From: a virus
Length of the DNA: 64,000 nt
Reading direction: 5' to 3' (one strand)
Virus record (IMG/VR): IMGVR_UViG_3300002835_007523
Span: 35,094-99,093 of that record
Below the pieces are notes generated by a model. The model had not been told where the DNA came from and ran no database searches. It saw nothing but the letters and a program-made list of their open reading frames with translations. This document shows positions 37,738-47,135 of the stretch, piece by piece (the stretch's first letter is position 1; each line of letters opens with the position of its first letter). The translations under genes and the position numbers were made by a program.

Positions 37738-38909
37738 ATATATCTGAAGCAGTAAAAAGCTTTAAAGATGAACGAACAAACAAAGAAGCTTTAGGAATTA
37801 TTGCTGATCTACTAGATAGAAATAATATTGATGTAGATGAAGTAGGTAAGATAACTAGAGTAAGTCTTTATCAAACAGCTGCTAAAGATGCTGATGGAGA
37901 AATCCAAACAAAAGACCTTGTAGGAATTCAGATTAGCCCTAAATGGGAGCAAGGACCTGAGTGGCCTGTAGTACAACAAGCTAAACCAGTAGTAATAAAT
38001 GCTCCAAAGAAACCTAATAAAGCTCCAGCATTAATTGGTGGCTGGAAACAAGCGGTTATTCTTCCAGATCCACAAATTGGTTTTAGACAGTTTGATGACA
38101 AGTTAGATCCATTCCACGATGATGCGGCAATGAATGTAGCTTTACAAGTAACTGCAGCACTAGAGCATGAAAACGGTGTTGATCAAGTTGTAAATCTTGG
38201 TGATTTTTTAGATCTTCCTGCACAAGGAAAATATGAACAGGAAGCAGCGTTTGCATTCACTACACAGCAGGCTATAGATCGAGGACATCTATTCCTAGGA
38301 GAACAGCGAGCTGCTGCACCAAATGCAAAGATTGTTGTATTAGAAGGAAATCATGATCGTAGAATGCAAAAGTTTGTTCAAGCAAATGCATTAGCTGCTT
38401 TTGGTTTACGACGTGCAAATGTTCCAGATTCTTGGCCGGTAATGTCCTTGCCTTATCTTTTAAGGTTAGACGAATTAGATATTGAGTATATTGATGCCTA
38501 TCCAGCCGGTATGTGGTGGATTAACGACAGCCTTAGAGCAATTCATGGAGACAAAGTAAACTCCGGTGGAAGCACTGCTATGAAGTACACAAATGAGATG
38601 CCACATATTTCCACAGTCTTTGGGCATATCCATCGTCAAGAGATTCAGTCAAAGACTACTTTTGACCGAGCCGGTAAGATAAAAGCAATGGCAATTAGTC
38701 CAGGATGTCTTTGCCGGGTAGATGGCGCCGTACCAAGTGTTAAGGGTTCTGTTGGAATTGACGGACGTCCGGTAACTTACTATGAAAATTGGCAGCAAGG
38801 AATATCTGTCATTACATATAAGCCAGAAGGATCTTTCCATGTAGAGCTTGTACATATTGATGACGGAAAAACCCTTTTTAGAGGACAAGAGTTTAAAGCT
38901 GCCGTATAG
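37722..38909 (+). CDS. calcineurin-like metallophosphoesterase
   Basis: DPQ, GDFLD, GNHD, HG, GHIH motifs. Confidence 0.88.
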   Translation: MSDSINISEAVKSFKDERTNKEALGIIADLLDRNNIDVDEVGKITRVSLYQTAAKDADGEIQTKDLVGIQISPKWEQGPEWPVVQQAKPVVINAPKKPNKAPALIGGWKQAVILPDPQIGFRQFDDKLDPFHDDAAMNVALQVTAALEHENGVDQVVNLGDFLDLPAQGKYEQEAAFAFTTQQAIDRGHLFLGEQRAAAPNAKIVVLEGNHDRRMQKFVQANALAAFGLRRANVPDSWPVMSLPYLLRLDELDIEYIDAYPAGMWWINDSLRAIHGDKVNSGGSTAMKYTNEMPHISTVFGHIHRQEIQSKTTFDRAGKIKAMAISPGCLCRVDGAVPSVKGSVGIDGRPVTYYENWQQGISVITYKPEGSFHVELVHIDDGKTLFRGQEFKAAV

Positions 38910-38951
38910 TACGGACAGTATTTACAACTAGCCTCCTGGGGAAATATATAC

Positions 38952-39146
38952 ATGACTGATCTTCAAATAGGAATGTCCATAGTTCTTGGAACATTAACAC
39001 TCTTAGGTGTCGTAGAGCTTCGAATTGCAAAATTAGTAAAGCGACTAGTAAAAGAATATTTAACTGAACTTAAGCCAAACGGTGGAGGATCAGTTAAAGA
39101 CAAGGTTGATGAAATTCATCGCCTATTAGTGAACAAGGAGAAATAG
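38952..39146 (+). CDS. single-TM membrane protein (lysis-associated?)
   Basis: N-terminal TM, ELKPNGGGSVKD. Confidence 0.6.
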   Translation: MTDLQIGMSIVLGTLTLLGVVELRIAKLVKRLVKEYLTELKPNGGGSVKDKVDEIHRLLVNKEK

Positions 39147-39147
39147 A

Positions 39148-39342
39148 ATGGATTTAGAAACTCTAAAATCCATGGGTGGATCCTGGGTGCGTGCTTCTGC
39201 TGCCGCAGTCTTGGCTCTATACCTAAACGGAGAAACAGACCTCAAGGTACTTGCAACAGCTTTCTTGGCAGGTATCATTGGACCAGCAGCTAAGTTCCTT
39301 AACCCAAAGGACGCCTCTTACGGCCTTGGAGCTAAGAAGTAA
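39148..39342 (+). CDS. putative holin
   Basis: Two hydrophobic segments, SWVRA.. and LNPKDASYG tail. Confidence 0.65.
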   Translation: MDLETLKSMGGSWVRASAAAVLALYLNGETDLKVLATAFLAGIIGPAAKFLNPKDASYGLGAKK

Positions 39343-39356
39343 CAACAAAACTTAAT

Positions 39357-39397
39357 AAAAGCGGGGACAGAGCAAGTATCTGTCCCCGTTTTGTTTT
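39357..39397 (+). terminator. intrinsic terminator
   Basis: AAAAGCGGGGACAGA-GCAAGTA-TCTGTCCCCGTTTTGTTTT. Confidence 0.75.
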
Positions 39398-39408
39398 ATA
39401 CTGACTGC

Positions 39409-39951
39409 ATGCCTCAGTCACATCAAAACTGGCAATACCTAGGTGCCAATGGTTATATCGGTGCGTACACCACTACGGGTGGTGGCGGAACACCGGTCGT
39501 ACCACGAAGCGACCTAGACTTTTTACGTTTAGGTGTTGGTAGAGCTCCACAAGCCGAATATCCAGATGGCTACCTTGGAACAATTAGATCTCGTCGTGAT
39601 GATAAAGGTAAGCCCTATTCTGTTTCAGACACTGTTCTCGACTCATTAAAGAATCGTCAAAATCAAAGAGCCTATCAACGAGGAGTTCACAAGGGCGAGC
39701 GCATAGACGCTGCTCAATACATGTGGCCAGCCGGTTTAGCCCCAGATAGAAGATTAAAAGCTAGAGTTACCCCAGAGAATGTAGCTGGTGGAATAACTAT
39801 GAACATACTTCGTAGTGCACCAAAGATGAACCTTGCCCCAGCACCTAAGCTTATAAATGACGGAAAAGCCAACATTTCTGCAAATGTACCTGCTGAGTTT
39901 AATCCTCGCATAAGTCAGCAGTTCTCACACCTACGTCCAGTTTGGAACTAA
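39409..39951 (+). CDS. hypothetical protein (possible virion protein)
   Basis: ATG 6 nt after TATACT; YPDGYLGTI..RR, YQRGVHKGERID. Confidence 0.7.
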   Translation: MPQSHQNWQYLGANGYIGAYTTTGGGGTPVVPRSDLDFLRLGVGRAPQAEYPDGYLGTIRSRRDDKGKPYSVSDTVLDSLKNRQNQRAYQRGVHKGERIDAAQYMWPAGLAPDRRLKARVTPENVAGGITMNILRSAPKMNLAPAPKLINDGKANISANVPAEFNPRISQQFSHLRPVWN

Positions 39952-40311
39952 ATGAACTCACAAGATTCAATCTATGACCGCAGTAAGCCTCGAGGCATAG
40001 TTGCTGATCAAGAAGAGGTGGGCATTCGTTATGACTATATGGGCCCATTTGCCAACGTACAGGACGCATTAATTGGTCAGGCTTTAAACTCAGTTGTTAT
40101 GCCAAGAGAATCGCTTCCTGAGATTGTTCGGCCACGACTCCCTCAAGTAATGCTTTTTAGAGAACGCTTTGGTTATAGAACCAGGGCGTTAAATATTACA
40201 GACGTTATTAACGTGGATGAAGAGTTCCAGCCAACTCGGGTAGACTTCACCGGTGGTCAAGCAGGCTATCAAGGCACGCTACGAAACGCACAAGGTGGAG
40301 GATTTTGGTGA
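39952..40311 (+). CDS. hypothetical protein
   Basis: 119 aa abutting upstream gene. Confidence 0.7.
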   Translation: MNSQDSIYDRSKPRGIVADQEEVGIRYDYMGPFANVQDALIGQALNSVVMPRESLPEIVRPRLPQVMLFRERFGYRTRALNITDVINVDEEFQPTRVDFTGGQAGYQGTLRNAQGGGFW

Positions 40312-40562
40312 GCAAAGAGCTTTGGTATTTTTATGCAGACTGGTGTCCTTATTGCCAAAAACAAAAGCCAATTATGGAAGAGTACACTAAGTCTAATCCT
40401 GATGTAGAGGTTATTTGGCTTAACGAAGCTAGTGAAAAAGATGCTGTAGAGTTAAACGGAATAAGCGGATATCCAACCTTCATACCATTTAAAAATGGAG
40501 TTCCTTTAGAACGAGTAAACGGAGTTCAAGAAAAGGTTAAGCTAGAGGCTATATTTGCATGA
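40308..40562 (+). CDS. thioredoxin
   Basis: FYADWCPYC, cis-Pro YPTF, FKNG. Confidence 0.9.
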   Translation: MSKELWYFYADWCPYCQKQKPIMEEYTKSNPDVEVIWLNEASEKDAVELNGISGYPTFIPFKNGVPLERVNGVQEKVKLEAIFA

Positions 40563-40735
40563 GTATCGATACTGTATACCACGGAAGCATTGAGTGTCCT
40601 AAATGTGGGGCGCTCATGACTCCTATCGAGGCCGCTTTTTCTGGTGCATCTAAGTTCTGCCCAACCTGCAGAAATGTCATGTACAGAAAAAATGCTAAGC
40701 AAGCAATGGCAGGAGGATCTCGTGGCGAAAGGTAA
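40559..40735 (+). CDS. small zinc-ribbon protein (58 aa, absent from ORF track)
   Basis: ATGA overlap; MSIDTVYHGSIECPKCG..FCPTCRN.. Confidence 0.7.
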   Translation: MSIDTVYHGSIECPKCGALMTPIEAAFSGASKFCPTCRNVMYRKNAKQAMAGGSRGER

Positions 40736-41030
40736 AGCTCCCAAAGCCCCTAGACCTAAAGCACCGCCTAAGGCAATAAGTGGAAAAAGGTCCGCTCAAG
40801 TATCAAAAGCAAAACTATCACCTGGTGGCGCATCAATCGGGTCTATGAGTAGCGGATGGTCAAAACAAGCTCGCAGAGCCCCTTGGGTAGCCGGTCAGTC
40901 AATGAACATACATCCTGGAAATCCAGAGGCTATCTCCAGATATCGCCACTCAAAGAAGTTTGTAGCCCGGACCAAGAAGGTAATTCGTCCAAGAGTCCGT
41001 AAATATAGGAAGCCAGAAACCCCAAAATAG
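40722..41030 (+). CDS. Lys/Arg-rich basic protein
   Basis: AGGAGG before GTG 40722. Confidence 0.7.
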   Translation: MAKGKAPKAPRPKAPPKAISGKRSAQVSKAKLSPGGASIGSMSSGWSKQARRAPWVAGQSMNIHPGNPEAISRYRHSKKFVARTKKVIRPRVRKYRKPETPK

Positions 41031-41044
41031 GAGAAACTATAGGT

Positions 41045-41197
41045 ATGGCAATCTTAAATCCCCTGACTGGAAAGAAGCAAAAGGTTATAATTAAACCTGT
41101 TAAAGCTCTCAACCACGAAGATTTAGCTAAAGCTAAAGAGAAGGCCAAGCCAAAGGCAGAAAAGAAGAAGAAGAATGCTAAAGCCAACAAAAAGTAA
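41045..41197 (+). CDS. Lys-rich small protein (50 aa, absent from ORF track)
   Basis: MAILNPLTGKKQKVIIKP..KKKKNAKANKK. Confidence 0.6.
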   Translation: MAILNPLTGKKQKVIIKPVKALNHEDLAKAKEKAKPKAEKKKKNAKANKK

Positions 41198-41318
41198 AAA
41201 AGAGATGGCTACTGAGTCTAAAAAGACCGCTAAGTCAGTAGATAAGCATAAGTCTGCCATGGAAGCTTTGAGCAGAGCAACCTCAAAAAAAGGTAAGGAA
41301 AACAAAAATGGCCGTTAA
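41175..41318 (+). CDS. Lys-rich small protein (47 aa, absent from ORF track)
   Basis: MLKPTKSKKEMATESKK..GKENKNGR; start uncertain. Confidence 0.5.
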   Translation: MLKPTKSKKEMATESKKTAKSVDKHKSAMEALSRATSKKGKENKNGR

Positions 41319-41592
41319 TCAATCACGTTCTATGACCAATGATTTTAATGATGGGTCTACTGATGGTAAGTATCGCAAGGTACGTCCTAACACCGTAGTT
41401 GCTCCAGGAATGGGTGAGCAAATCGTAAGTGCTAACCGTAGCGATCTAAATCCATACTGGAACTATGACTTTATTGATCAAGAAGACACCTCTAAGGTTA
41501 ACCCTGCCGGTGATTCTGCAAAGACCTCTGTTCCAAAGAAGAGCGATCCTCTATCTTTTATTTGGAATGATCAAATGGGAGCTAACTACTAA
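41308..41592 (+). CDS. hypothetical protein
   Basis: 94 aa, TAAGGA RBS. Confidence 0.7.
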   Translation: MAVNQSRSMTNDFNDGSTDGKYRKVRPNTVVAPGMGEQIVSANRSDLNPYWNYDFIDQEDTSKVNPAGDSAKTSVPKKSDPLSFIWNDQMGANY

Positions 41593-42116
41593 TGATTCCA
41601 AATCCAGGGCAATTTATAAAGAAGGGGTCCTTACCACCTTCAAGCGGACCTAGACAATTAGTTCTTCCAGGCATGGAGACTATTCGCCCAAACATTAGAC
41701 GTCCTGAAGATAAGGACATACCTCGTCGTCCCGAAAAAAACCCACATATGCCAGCTATTGGTCCAACACCTAATGACCGTGCAAAAGAAAAAAGAAAAAT
41801 ACAGCCAGAAGACGTTCATCCTAGAAAAAAGGATTACATCAATAAAACACCAGTAGATAAGCAATTTCCACATACTAATGATGAGTATAAGAAGCGGCAT
41901 AAAGAGTATGAGTCTTATAAAAATAAAAGACAAAATACTATTAAAAAGAAAAAAGATGATGACGATGATAATAAGGGTGGCGCTGGTGGAGCTAAGGTTC
42001 CGCGTAAGCCTAAGCCAAGCCCTCAATCACCAGGAGAATATCGTCCTATAGAGCGTAGAGTAGATAAAGACTACGCACGTAGACAGGACAGATACCGCGT
42101 TACGTTAGCGAGGTAG
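41592..42116 (+). CDS. Pro/Lys/Arg-rich low-complexity protein
   Basis: TAATG-coupled, 174 aa. Confidence 0.7.
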   Translation: MIPNPGQFIKKGSLPPSSGPRQLVLPGMETIRPNIRRPEDKDIPRRPEKNPHMPAIGPTPNDRAKEKRKIQPEDVHPRKKDYINKTPVDKQFPHTNDEYKKRHKEYESYKNKRQNTIKKKKDDDDDNKGGAGGAKVPRKPKPSPQSPGEYRPIERRVDKDYARRQDRYRVTLAR

Positions 42117-42121
42117 TCTCT

Positions 42122-42379
42122 ATGGATGACAAGGTCGTTCAGTTCCCCGGAGAGAATACTCGAGAAATACGAGTAAAACTACGCACAGATCCCATTGCGG
42201 TTTCTGATATTCATGCTGCTCCTAGAGGTAAATCAAAATCTGTTCGTCAACGCTACATCACAGAGATGAAGAACAAGCAAATAGCTGAGCAGAAAAAGAA
42301 AGAGTTTTCTGTTGGTCGAGGTGAAAAAGCTTTATATCAGGCTGCTGATTACATACAAGGTAAGTTTAGGAAGAAGTAA
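42122..42379 (+). CDS. basic hypothetical protein
   Basis: 85 aa, GAGGT RBS. Confidence 0.7.
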   Translation: MDDKVVQFPGENTREIRVKLRTDPIAVSDIHAAPRGKSKSVRQRYITEMKNKQIAEQKKKEFSVGRGEKALYQAADYIQGKFRKK

Positions 42380-43377
42380 TGGCTGGAAAATCCATATTAG
42401 ACGGCAGAGCTAGTCAGGTATATAGCTCCTGTCTTGCTGATGGCTGTGAAGAGCCTGCACGTAAAATGACTAGCTTTTCTGGTCTTGGAGAGCTTAGAGT
42501 AGTTCCTAAACCTAATAAAGATGCAAAACCAGCGCCTGCTTCTAGAGAGCCGTATGATCCCCATACCATTCATTTTGCACCCCTCTGTAGAAAACACGCT
42601 GAGCGTGCTGGTTCAAAGGGAGCTAGATCTGTTAATCTTACAAAAAAAGTGGCTGAAACCTGGCGTCAAGGCGAAGCAAATATTAGTGCTATAGAGCCTG
42701 ATAAGGTTCCATTAAACCCTAGAAAAAAAGATAAGCCAAAAATGACTTTTATGTCTGGTAAGGCTACGGGAACATCAGATCCAATTCAAGAGTATATAAA
42801 TTACAACATTAAAACTGCAAAGACTAAAGAACAGAAAGACGAATTTAGTTCAATGAGTCATGAACGTGCAGTTAGCGCTCGCAGATCAGAGCATTGGAAA
42901 GACAGGTCTTTAAGTAAGGCTTTAGAACGTGTACGAAAGCCGGATGTAGAAAAAGAAAACCTTTTAAAAGAGCACCTTTCTGCTATTAAAGAAGATAATG
43001 AAAAGTACTTAAAAGATACTGGTTCTACAACTGAAAAGGGAAACTGGAACGCAAGATCTGCAGAAGAAAATCCTTTTTTTGCGAGTCATATGCGTAGAAC
43101 CACTAGAGATTATTACTTTAGACCTAGTAAAGATCCAAACAGAGAGGTCGTCCCTCATAAGCCTCCAAAGCCAAAATATGTTAGCTCTAGAGCCAAGTCT
43201 GCTGGACCACAAAAAAGTGGAGATGTTATTCTTACTGGTCGTCAAGCTGCTATGGAAAGAAGCTTAGAGCCTCGTCTAGAGAATATAGAAAAGGAATACC
43301 AGCAAAAGAAGCAGGCTAGAATTGCTGGAAAACAATTCAACAAACCGGCAACAGTTATTGTTACCCCCGGTAAGTAA
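42379..43377 (+). CDS. basic hypothetical protein
   Basis: 332 aa; N-terminal C-x4-C..C-x2-H. Confidence 0.75.
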   Translation: MAGKSILDGRASQVYSSCLADGCEEPARKMTSFSGLGELRVVPKPNKDAKPAPASREPYDPHTIHFAPLCRKHAERAGSKGARSVNLTKKVAETWRQGEANISAIEPDKVPLNPRKKDKPKMTFMSGKATGTSDPIQEYINYNIKTAKTKEQKDEFSSMSHERAVSARRSEHWKDRSLSKALERVRKPDVEKENLLKEHLSAIKEDNEKYLKDTGSTTEKGNWNARSAEENPFFASHMRRTTRDYYFRPSKDPNREVVPHKPPKPKYVSSRAKSAGPQKSGDVILTGRQAAMERSLEPRLENIEKEYQQKKQARIAGKQFNKPATVIVTPGK

Positions 43378-43405
43378 TCCTTTTTTATCCTGATAGACTC
43401 CCGGA

Positions 43406-43969
43406 ATGACTATTCTAGGACCAAATGGCGAGCCCGCAGACTCCTCAGGTGAGTACGTTCAAGTTGTTGACAACGGGCCAAAGATTCGCCTGCTTTATTG
43501 CTATCAATGTAAAACTATAGAGGAGCTACCTGATTTTGAGGGTCGTCCAGAAGACGATCATCTATTAGAGATTTTAGTTGAGAGGCATCAGTCTGCCGGG
43601 GTACCTCATACGGGGTTCCTATCTAAAATTGGACTTAAAACTTACACGAATCATCGTGAAGAGATCGTTAAAAATCTTAGAAACAAAGTTGGCGGAGGTT
43701 TAGCTGACTTAGATCCCGACTACTACACAACTAAAGCAACTTTTTATGATGATGCAATGAAATGCTATAACGCTCACTTGCGTCCCGAAGGAGCTTGTTC
43801 TGATTGGAAAGCCTCAAATAAGAAGTTAGTTCCAAATACTGTCAAGGAAAGAAAAGAGTTAGGTCTTTCTTTGAAAACAGCAGCTCATACCTTTTTGTGT
43901 GACTTTTGCCCAGTAAAAACTTATATGGTTACTAAGGCTCGTAAAGAAGCCGGAATGTACAACGAATAG
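43406..43969 (+). CDS. hypothetical metal-binding protein
   Basis: CYQC..H..H and C..H..C..CDFC; TAGACT 6 nt upstream. Confidence 0.75.
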   Translation: MTILGPNGEPADSSGEYVQVVDNGPKIRLLYCYQCKTIEELPDFEGRPEDDHLLEILVERHQSAGVPHTGFLSKIGLKTYTNHREEIVKNLRNKVGGGLADLDPDYYTTKATFYDDAMKCYNAHLRPEGACSDWKASNKKLVPNTVKERKELGLSLKTAAHTFLCDFCPVKTYMVTKARKEAGMYNE

Positions 43970-43978
43970 GAGAATAAA

Positions 43979-44224
43979 ATGGAAGAGCAAGTTCAAGAGA
44001 CTGTAGAAGACACAAAGCCTAAAATCGTAACTGGTTTTGCTGTTCTAATTGATGAGCGTGGAAATATGTTCGTAGAGCGTAATCCTGAGGTATTTGCGGT
44101 ACCTGTCGAGCGTCAAGCCTCTTTTGTAGAGATTCGTAGACACTGCTCCGAGATTATCCATGACCTAAATGCTCAAGCTTCCGCAGAATATGTTGCCTTA
44201 AAGCTCTCTGCAAAAGGAGAATAG
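43979..44224 (+). CDS. hypothetical protein
   Basis: 81 aa, AGGAG RBS. Confidence 0.75.
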   Translation: MEEQVQETVEDTKPKIVTGFAVLIDERGNMFVERNPEVFAVPVERQASFVEIRRHCSEIIHDLNAQASAEYVALKLSAKGE

Positions 44225-44262
44225 GCTGACATACACCAAAATAGGCTGAAGAATTAGCTATT

Positions 44263-45183
44263 ATGAGCGACTTGTCTAAATTTGGTGAGGTTCACCCACA
44301 TCAGGGTGACACTTCATACTTCAGCGCACCAGAAACAGATTTAGATCCAAATCTCTTTTTAGGTAATAAGCTGCGTCCCTGGATACGCAACAGCATAACT
44401 AGAATTTTATTTGACTATCTTGCTGTTAGATATACTCACCCAGAAAGATGGGCTCATGTATGGCTTGCTGGGTCGGGTGTCTCATATCAGTGGTCAGCTT
44501 CTCGAGATCCGGGAGATTTGGACTGCTTAATAGGTATAGATTATGTTGCCTTTAGAAAGTACAACCTAGAATATAGCGGCTTATCTGATCGTGAGATAGC
44601 CTCTACTTTTAATGAGGACTTTAACAAAGATCTTATGCCAAATACAAAGCGTTGGAATGGGTATGAACTAACCTTTTACGTAAATCCTCAAACAGATATA
44701 CGAGATATTAACCCATACGCAGCCTACGATCTAACCCGAGATGAGTGGACTGTTGAGCCTTCTCGTAGTCAAACACCTTTGTACACCAAGGCTTGGGAAC
44801 AAAAGGCAGAAAGAGACTACAAAGCAGCAAACGATATAATTAATCGTTACTCTCAAGCCCTTACTGATGTAAAAGCTACCGGCAATCCTGCGTACCGAAT
44901 AAATGCAGAACGACGCTTAAATGAGGCAATAGCTCAAGCCGTTGCATTTTATGAGGATATTCATGCCGGAAGAAAGATTGCTTTTAGTAAAATTGGGCAA
45001 GGATATGCTGACTACAACAATTATAGATGGCAAGCAGGCAAGCGTTCTGGGGTTGTCCAAGCACTGCGTGCAATCAAAGATTATAAAGATAAAGCGGACA
45101 AAGCAGAAGAGCTAGATACCTACGGAGTAGAACTTCCTACTTCTGAAACTTTAATAAGAAGGACGGCTATAAATAGGCGATGA
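44263..45183 (+). CDS. Pol-beta-superfamily nucleotidyltransferase
   Basis: hGS..DxD signature: LAGSGVSYQW..GDLDCLI. Confidence 0.75.
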   Translation: MSDLSKFGEVHPHQGDTSYFSAPETDLDPNLFLGNKLRPWIRNSITRILFDYLAVRYTHPERWAHVWLAGSGVSYQWSASRDPGDLDCLIGIDYVAFRKYNLEYSGLSDREIASTFNEDFNKDLMPNTKRWNGYELTFYVNPQTDIRDINPYAAYDLTRDEWTVEPSRSQTPLYTKAWEQKAERDYKAANDIINRYSQALTDVKATGNPAYRINAERRLNEAIAQAVAFYEDIHAGRKIAFSKIGQGYADYNNYRWQAGKRSGVVQALRAIKDYKDKADKAEELDTYGVELPTSETLIRRTAINRR

Positions 45184-45644
45184 CTGTTCTCATGTCTATG
45201 GAGGGAGTACTTCGTACAGAAACTGGCGACCCAATACATCAAGGATTAAAGCTATATAGAACTCTAGCTCAGTCCTATAGAATTATATTGGCCACTGATG
45301 GCCTAAAAGAAGAGGCAGAGCACTGGTTACGAGCTAACCTAGTTACTGGGTATGCAGATATTTTTGATGCTAGGTCTGCTTTTGATGGTCAAGATTTACG
45401 TTTACGTCAGCTAGCTAAAGCAAGGTCTTCAGGCCCTGTTGAGCTATTTGTTGACTGTGATGCTGATAGGTGTGCTCAAGCCTATGCCTCCGGGGTGCTG
45501 GTTATCTTATTTGCAGCCCCTAAATTTATAAGAACAAAGCGGGTAGTAAAGCCTTGGGAAGATATGAAGGTAGAGCTGCAAAAGCAAAAAGAATTAACTG
45601 CTAGGATCGTATTAGACGACAATTTCGACAAACAATGGGAGTAA
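45180..45644 (+). CDS. HAD-fold protein with degenerate motif I
   Basis: VLMSMEGVL (cf. DxDGVL), ILAT, LFVD. Confidence 0.55.
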   Translation: MTVLMSMEGVLRTETGDPIHQGLKLYRTLAQSYRIILATDGLKEEAEHWLRANLVTGYADIFDARSAFDGQDLRLRQLAKARSSGPVELFVDCDADRCAQAYASGVLVILFAAPKFIRTKRVVKPWEDMKVELQKQKELTARIVLDDNFDKQWE

Positions 45645-45647
45645 CAA

Positions 45648-47132
45648 GTGGATATAGTCTTTTTGGGCGGAGAAGTCCCCTCCCATAGAAAGCTATTAGT
45701 TGAAGCCGGTGTAAAACATATAGGTATTAACTATTGGCGACTAGTAAAGCGTGGCCTACCAAAAAACAAAGAGTACATACTCTCTGAGCGATTCCCAGAC
45801 GACGTATACATCTACCTAACCGGTGGCGCCCCACAGGCAGACGATAGCGGGATGAGCAATGTTGAGATTGAGGATTTTGCGGCAGACTATGAAGAGTTTG
45901 TAGCCCTTAATGATCAAAGATTATTCTTAGTTCAAGAGTTTGATTCAGAGAAGCTGGGCCCGGTATGGGTAGAGCAACAGCGTAGGTCTTTATGGGATGA
46001 GTTTGATCCAGAACGATTTTTGCCTATTTGGGACTTCCAATCTAGTCATGCAGCCCTATTTGCTCTAGCTGAGAGGTACCCAAACGTAGGTATTTTAGGC
46101 GACGATATAGAAGAAGATCTAACTCTCTCGGCTCGAGTTCGAGCTATGCAATCCCAGTTTCAGACCAGGTTTCACGGAATTGCCTGTGCAAAGCCCGACA
46201 ACCTTCGTCAGGTGCCCCTAGCAACCGCTAGCACGCTTGCCTGGGTTGCCCCAATGATTAGGGGAGAAACTATTGTCTGGGACGGGACTCAACTTGTTAG
46301 ATATCAAAAGAAGCAAAAAGATCAAGCTCGCCCAAGATACAAAGCGGTCATAGAACGGGCAGGTTTAGATTTTGACGCCATATTGGCCGATGACAGTAAT
46401 GAAGTTACAAAGCTCGCTGTTTGGTCGTATCTTCAGCTAGAACGTCATTTATCTAAAAATAATCTAATACTGTTATCAGATAACAGTGATGATAAGGATG
46501 ATCCAGGAAGTTCGGAAACAGGGGGTGTAGCACCTGATAATAGCGTCCCAGAAGTGAGAAACTCTAGAAATAAAATCTCTGTTAGAGACGCTTCAGAAAT
46601 GACTACACTGCCAGTTTTTTCAGTTAATACAAAGACTGTAATTGATAAGGATGAGGCTGGACGAGATACTATCAGAGACGTTCCCATTCTTGAAACTACT
46701 GGGGCGTCATTACGTCAATGCAATACTTGCTTTGTTGCAGCTAACTGCCCGGCTATGAAACCTAATTCATCTTGCGCTTTTAACCTTCCAGTAGAGGTCA
46801 AGACTAAGGAACAATTAAAGGGATTATTAAACGCAATTATTGAAATGCAGGGCGCTAGAGTGGCTTTTGCACGGTTTAGCGAAGAATTAAACGGCGGATA
46901 TCCAGATCCTAATACAAGCCAGGAAATAGATAGGCTCTTTAAAATTGTTAAGCAACTAAAAGAGTTGGAAGAAAACAAAGAGTTCATTAGAATAACTGCA
47001 GAGAGGCAAACGAGTGGAGGTGTACTGTCAGCGCTCTTTGGAGATAGAGCAAGTGTCTTAAAAGAGCTACCGAACGACGGGCTTTCCGAAGAGGAAACTA
47101 CTAGAATTATCTCCGACTCCCTAGAAAACTAA
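45648..47132 (+). CDS. TGT/DpdA-like barrel fused to a Cys4 and helical domain
   Basis: FLPIW, RFHGIA, VPLATASTLAW recall TGT-like motifs; C-x2-C-x5-C-x8-C. Confidence 0.5.
   Translation: MDIVFLGGEVPSHRKLLVEAGVKHIGINYWRLVKRGLPKNKEYILSERFPDDVYIYLTGGAPQADDSGMSNVEIEDFAADYEEFVALNDQRLFLVQEFDSEKLGPVWVEQQRRSLWDEFDPERFLPIWDFQSSHAALFALAERYPNVGILGDDIEEDLTLSARVRAMQSQFQTRFHGIACAKPDNLRQVPLATASTLAWVAPMIRGETIVWDGTQLVRYQKKQKDQARPRYKAVIERAGLDFDAILADDSNEVTKLAVWSYLQLERHLSKNNLILLSDNSDDKDDPGSSETGGVAPDNSVPEVRNSRNKISVRDASEMTTLPVFSVNTKTVIDKDEAGRDTIRDVPILETTGASLRQCNTCFVAANCPAMKPNSSCAFNLPVEVKTKEQLKGLLNAIIEMQGARVAFARFSEELNGGYPDPNTSQEIDRLFKIVKQLKELEENKEFIRITAERQTSGGVLSALFGDRASVLKELPNDGLSEEETTRIISDSLEN
46469..46487. repeat. 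palindrome ACTGTTATC-A-GATAACAGT
   Basis: Perfect inverted repeat; 17-bp core shared with 47136-47156. Confidence 0.8.
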
Positions 47133-47135
47133 AGT

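Noticed and set aside
45648-47132. Complete 7-deazaguanine DNA-modification pathway
   Set aside because: No folE/queC/queD/queE in the window, and the catalytic Asp motifs appear absent.
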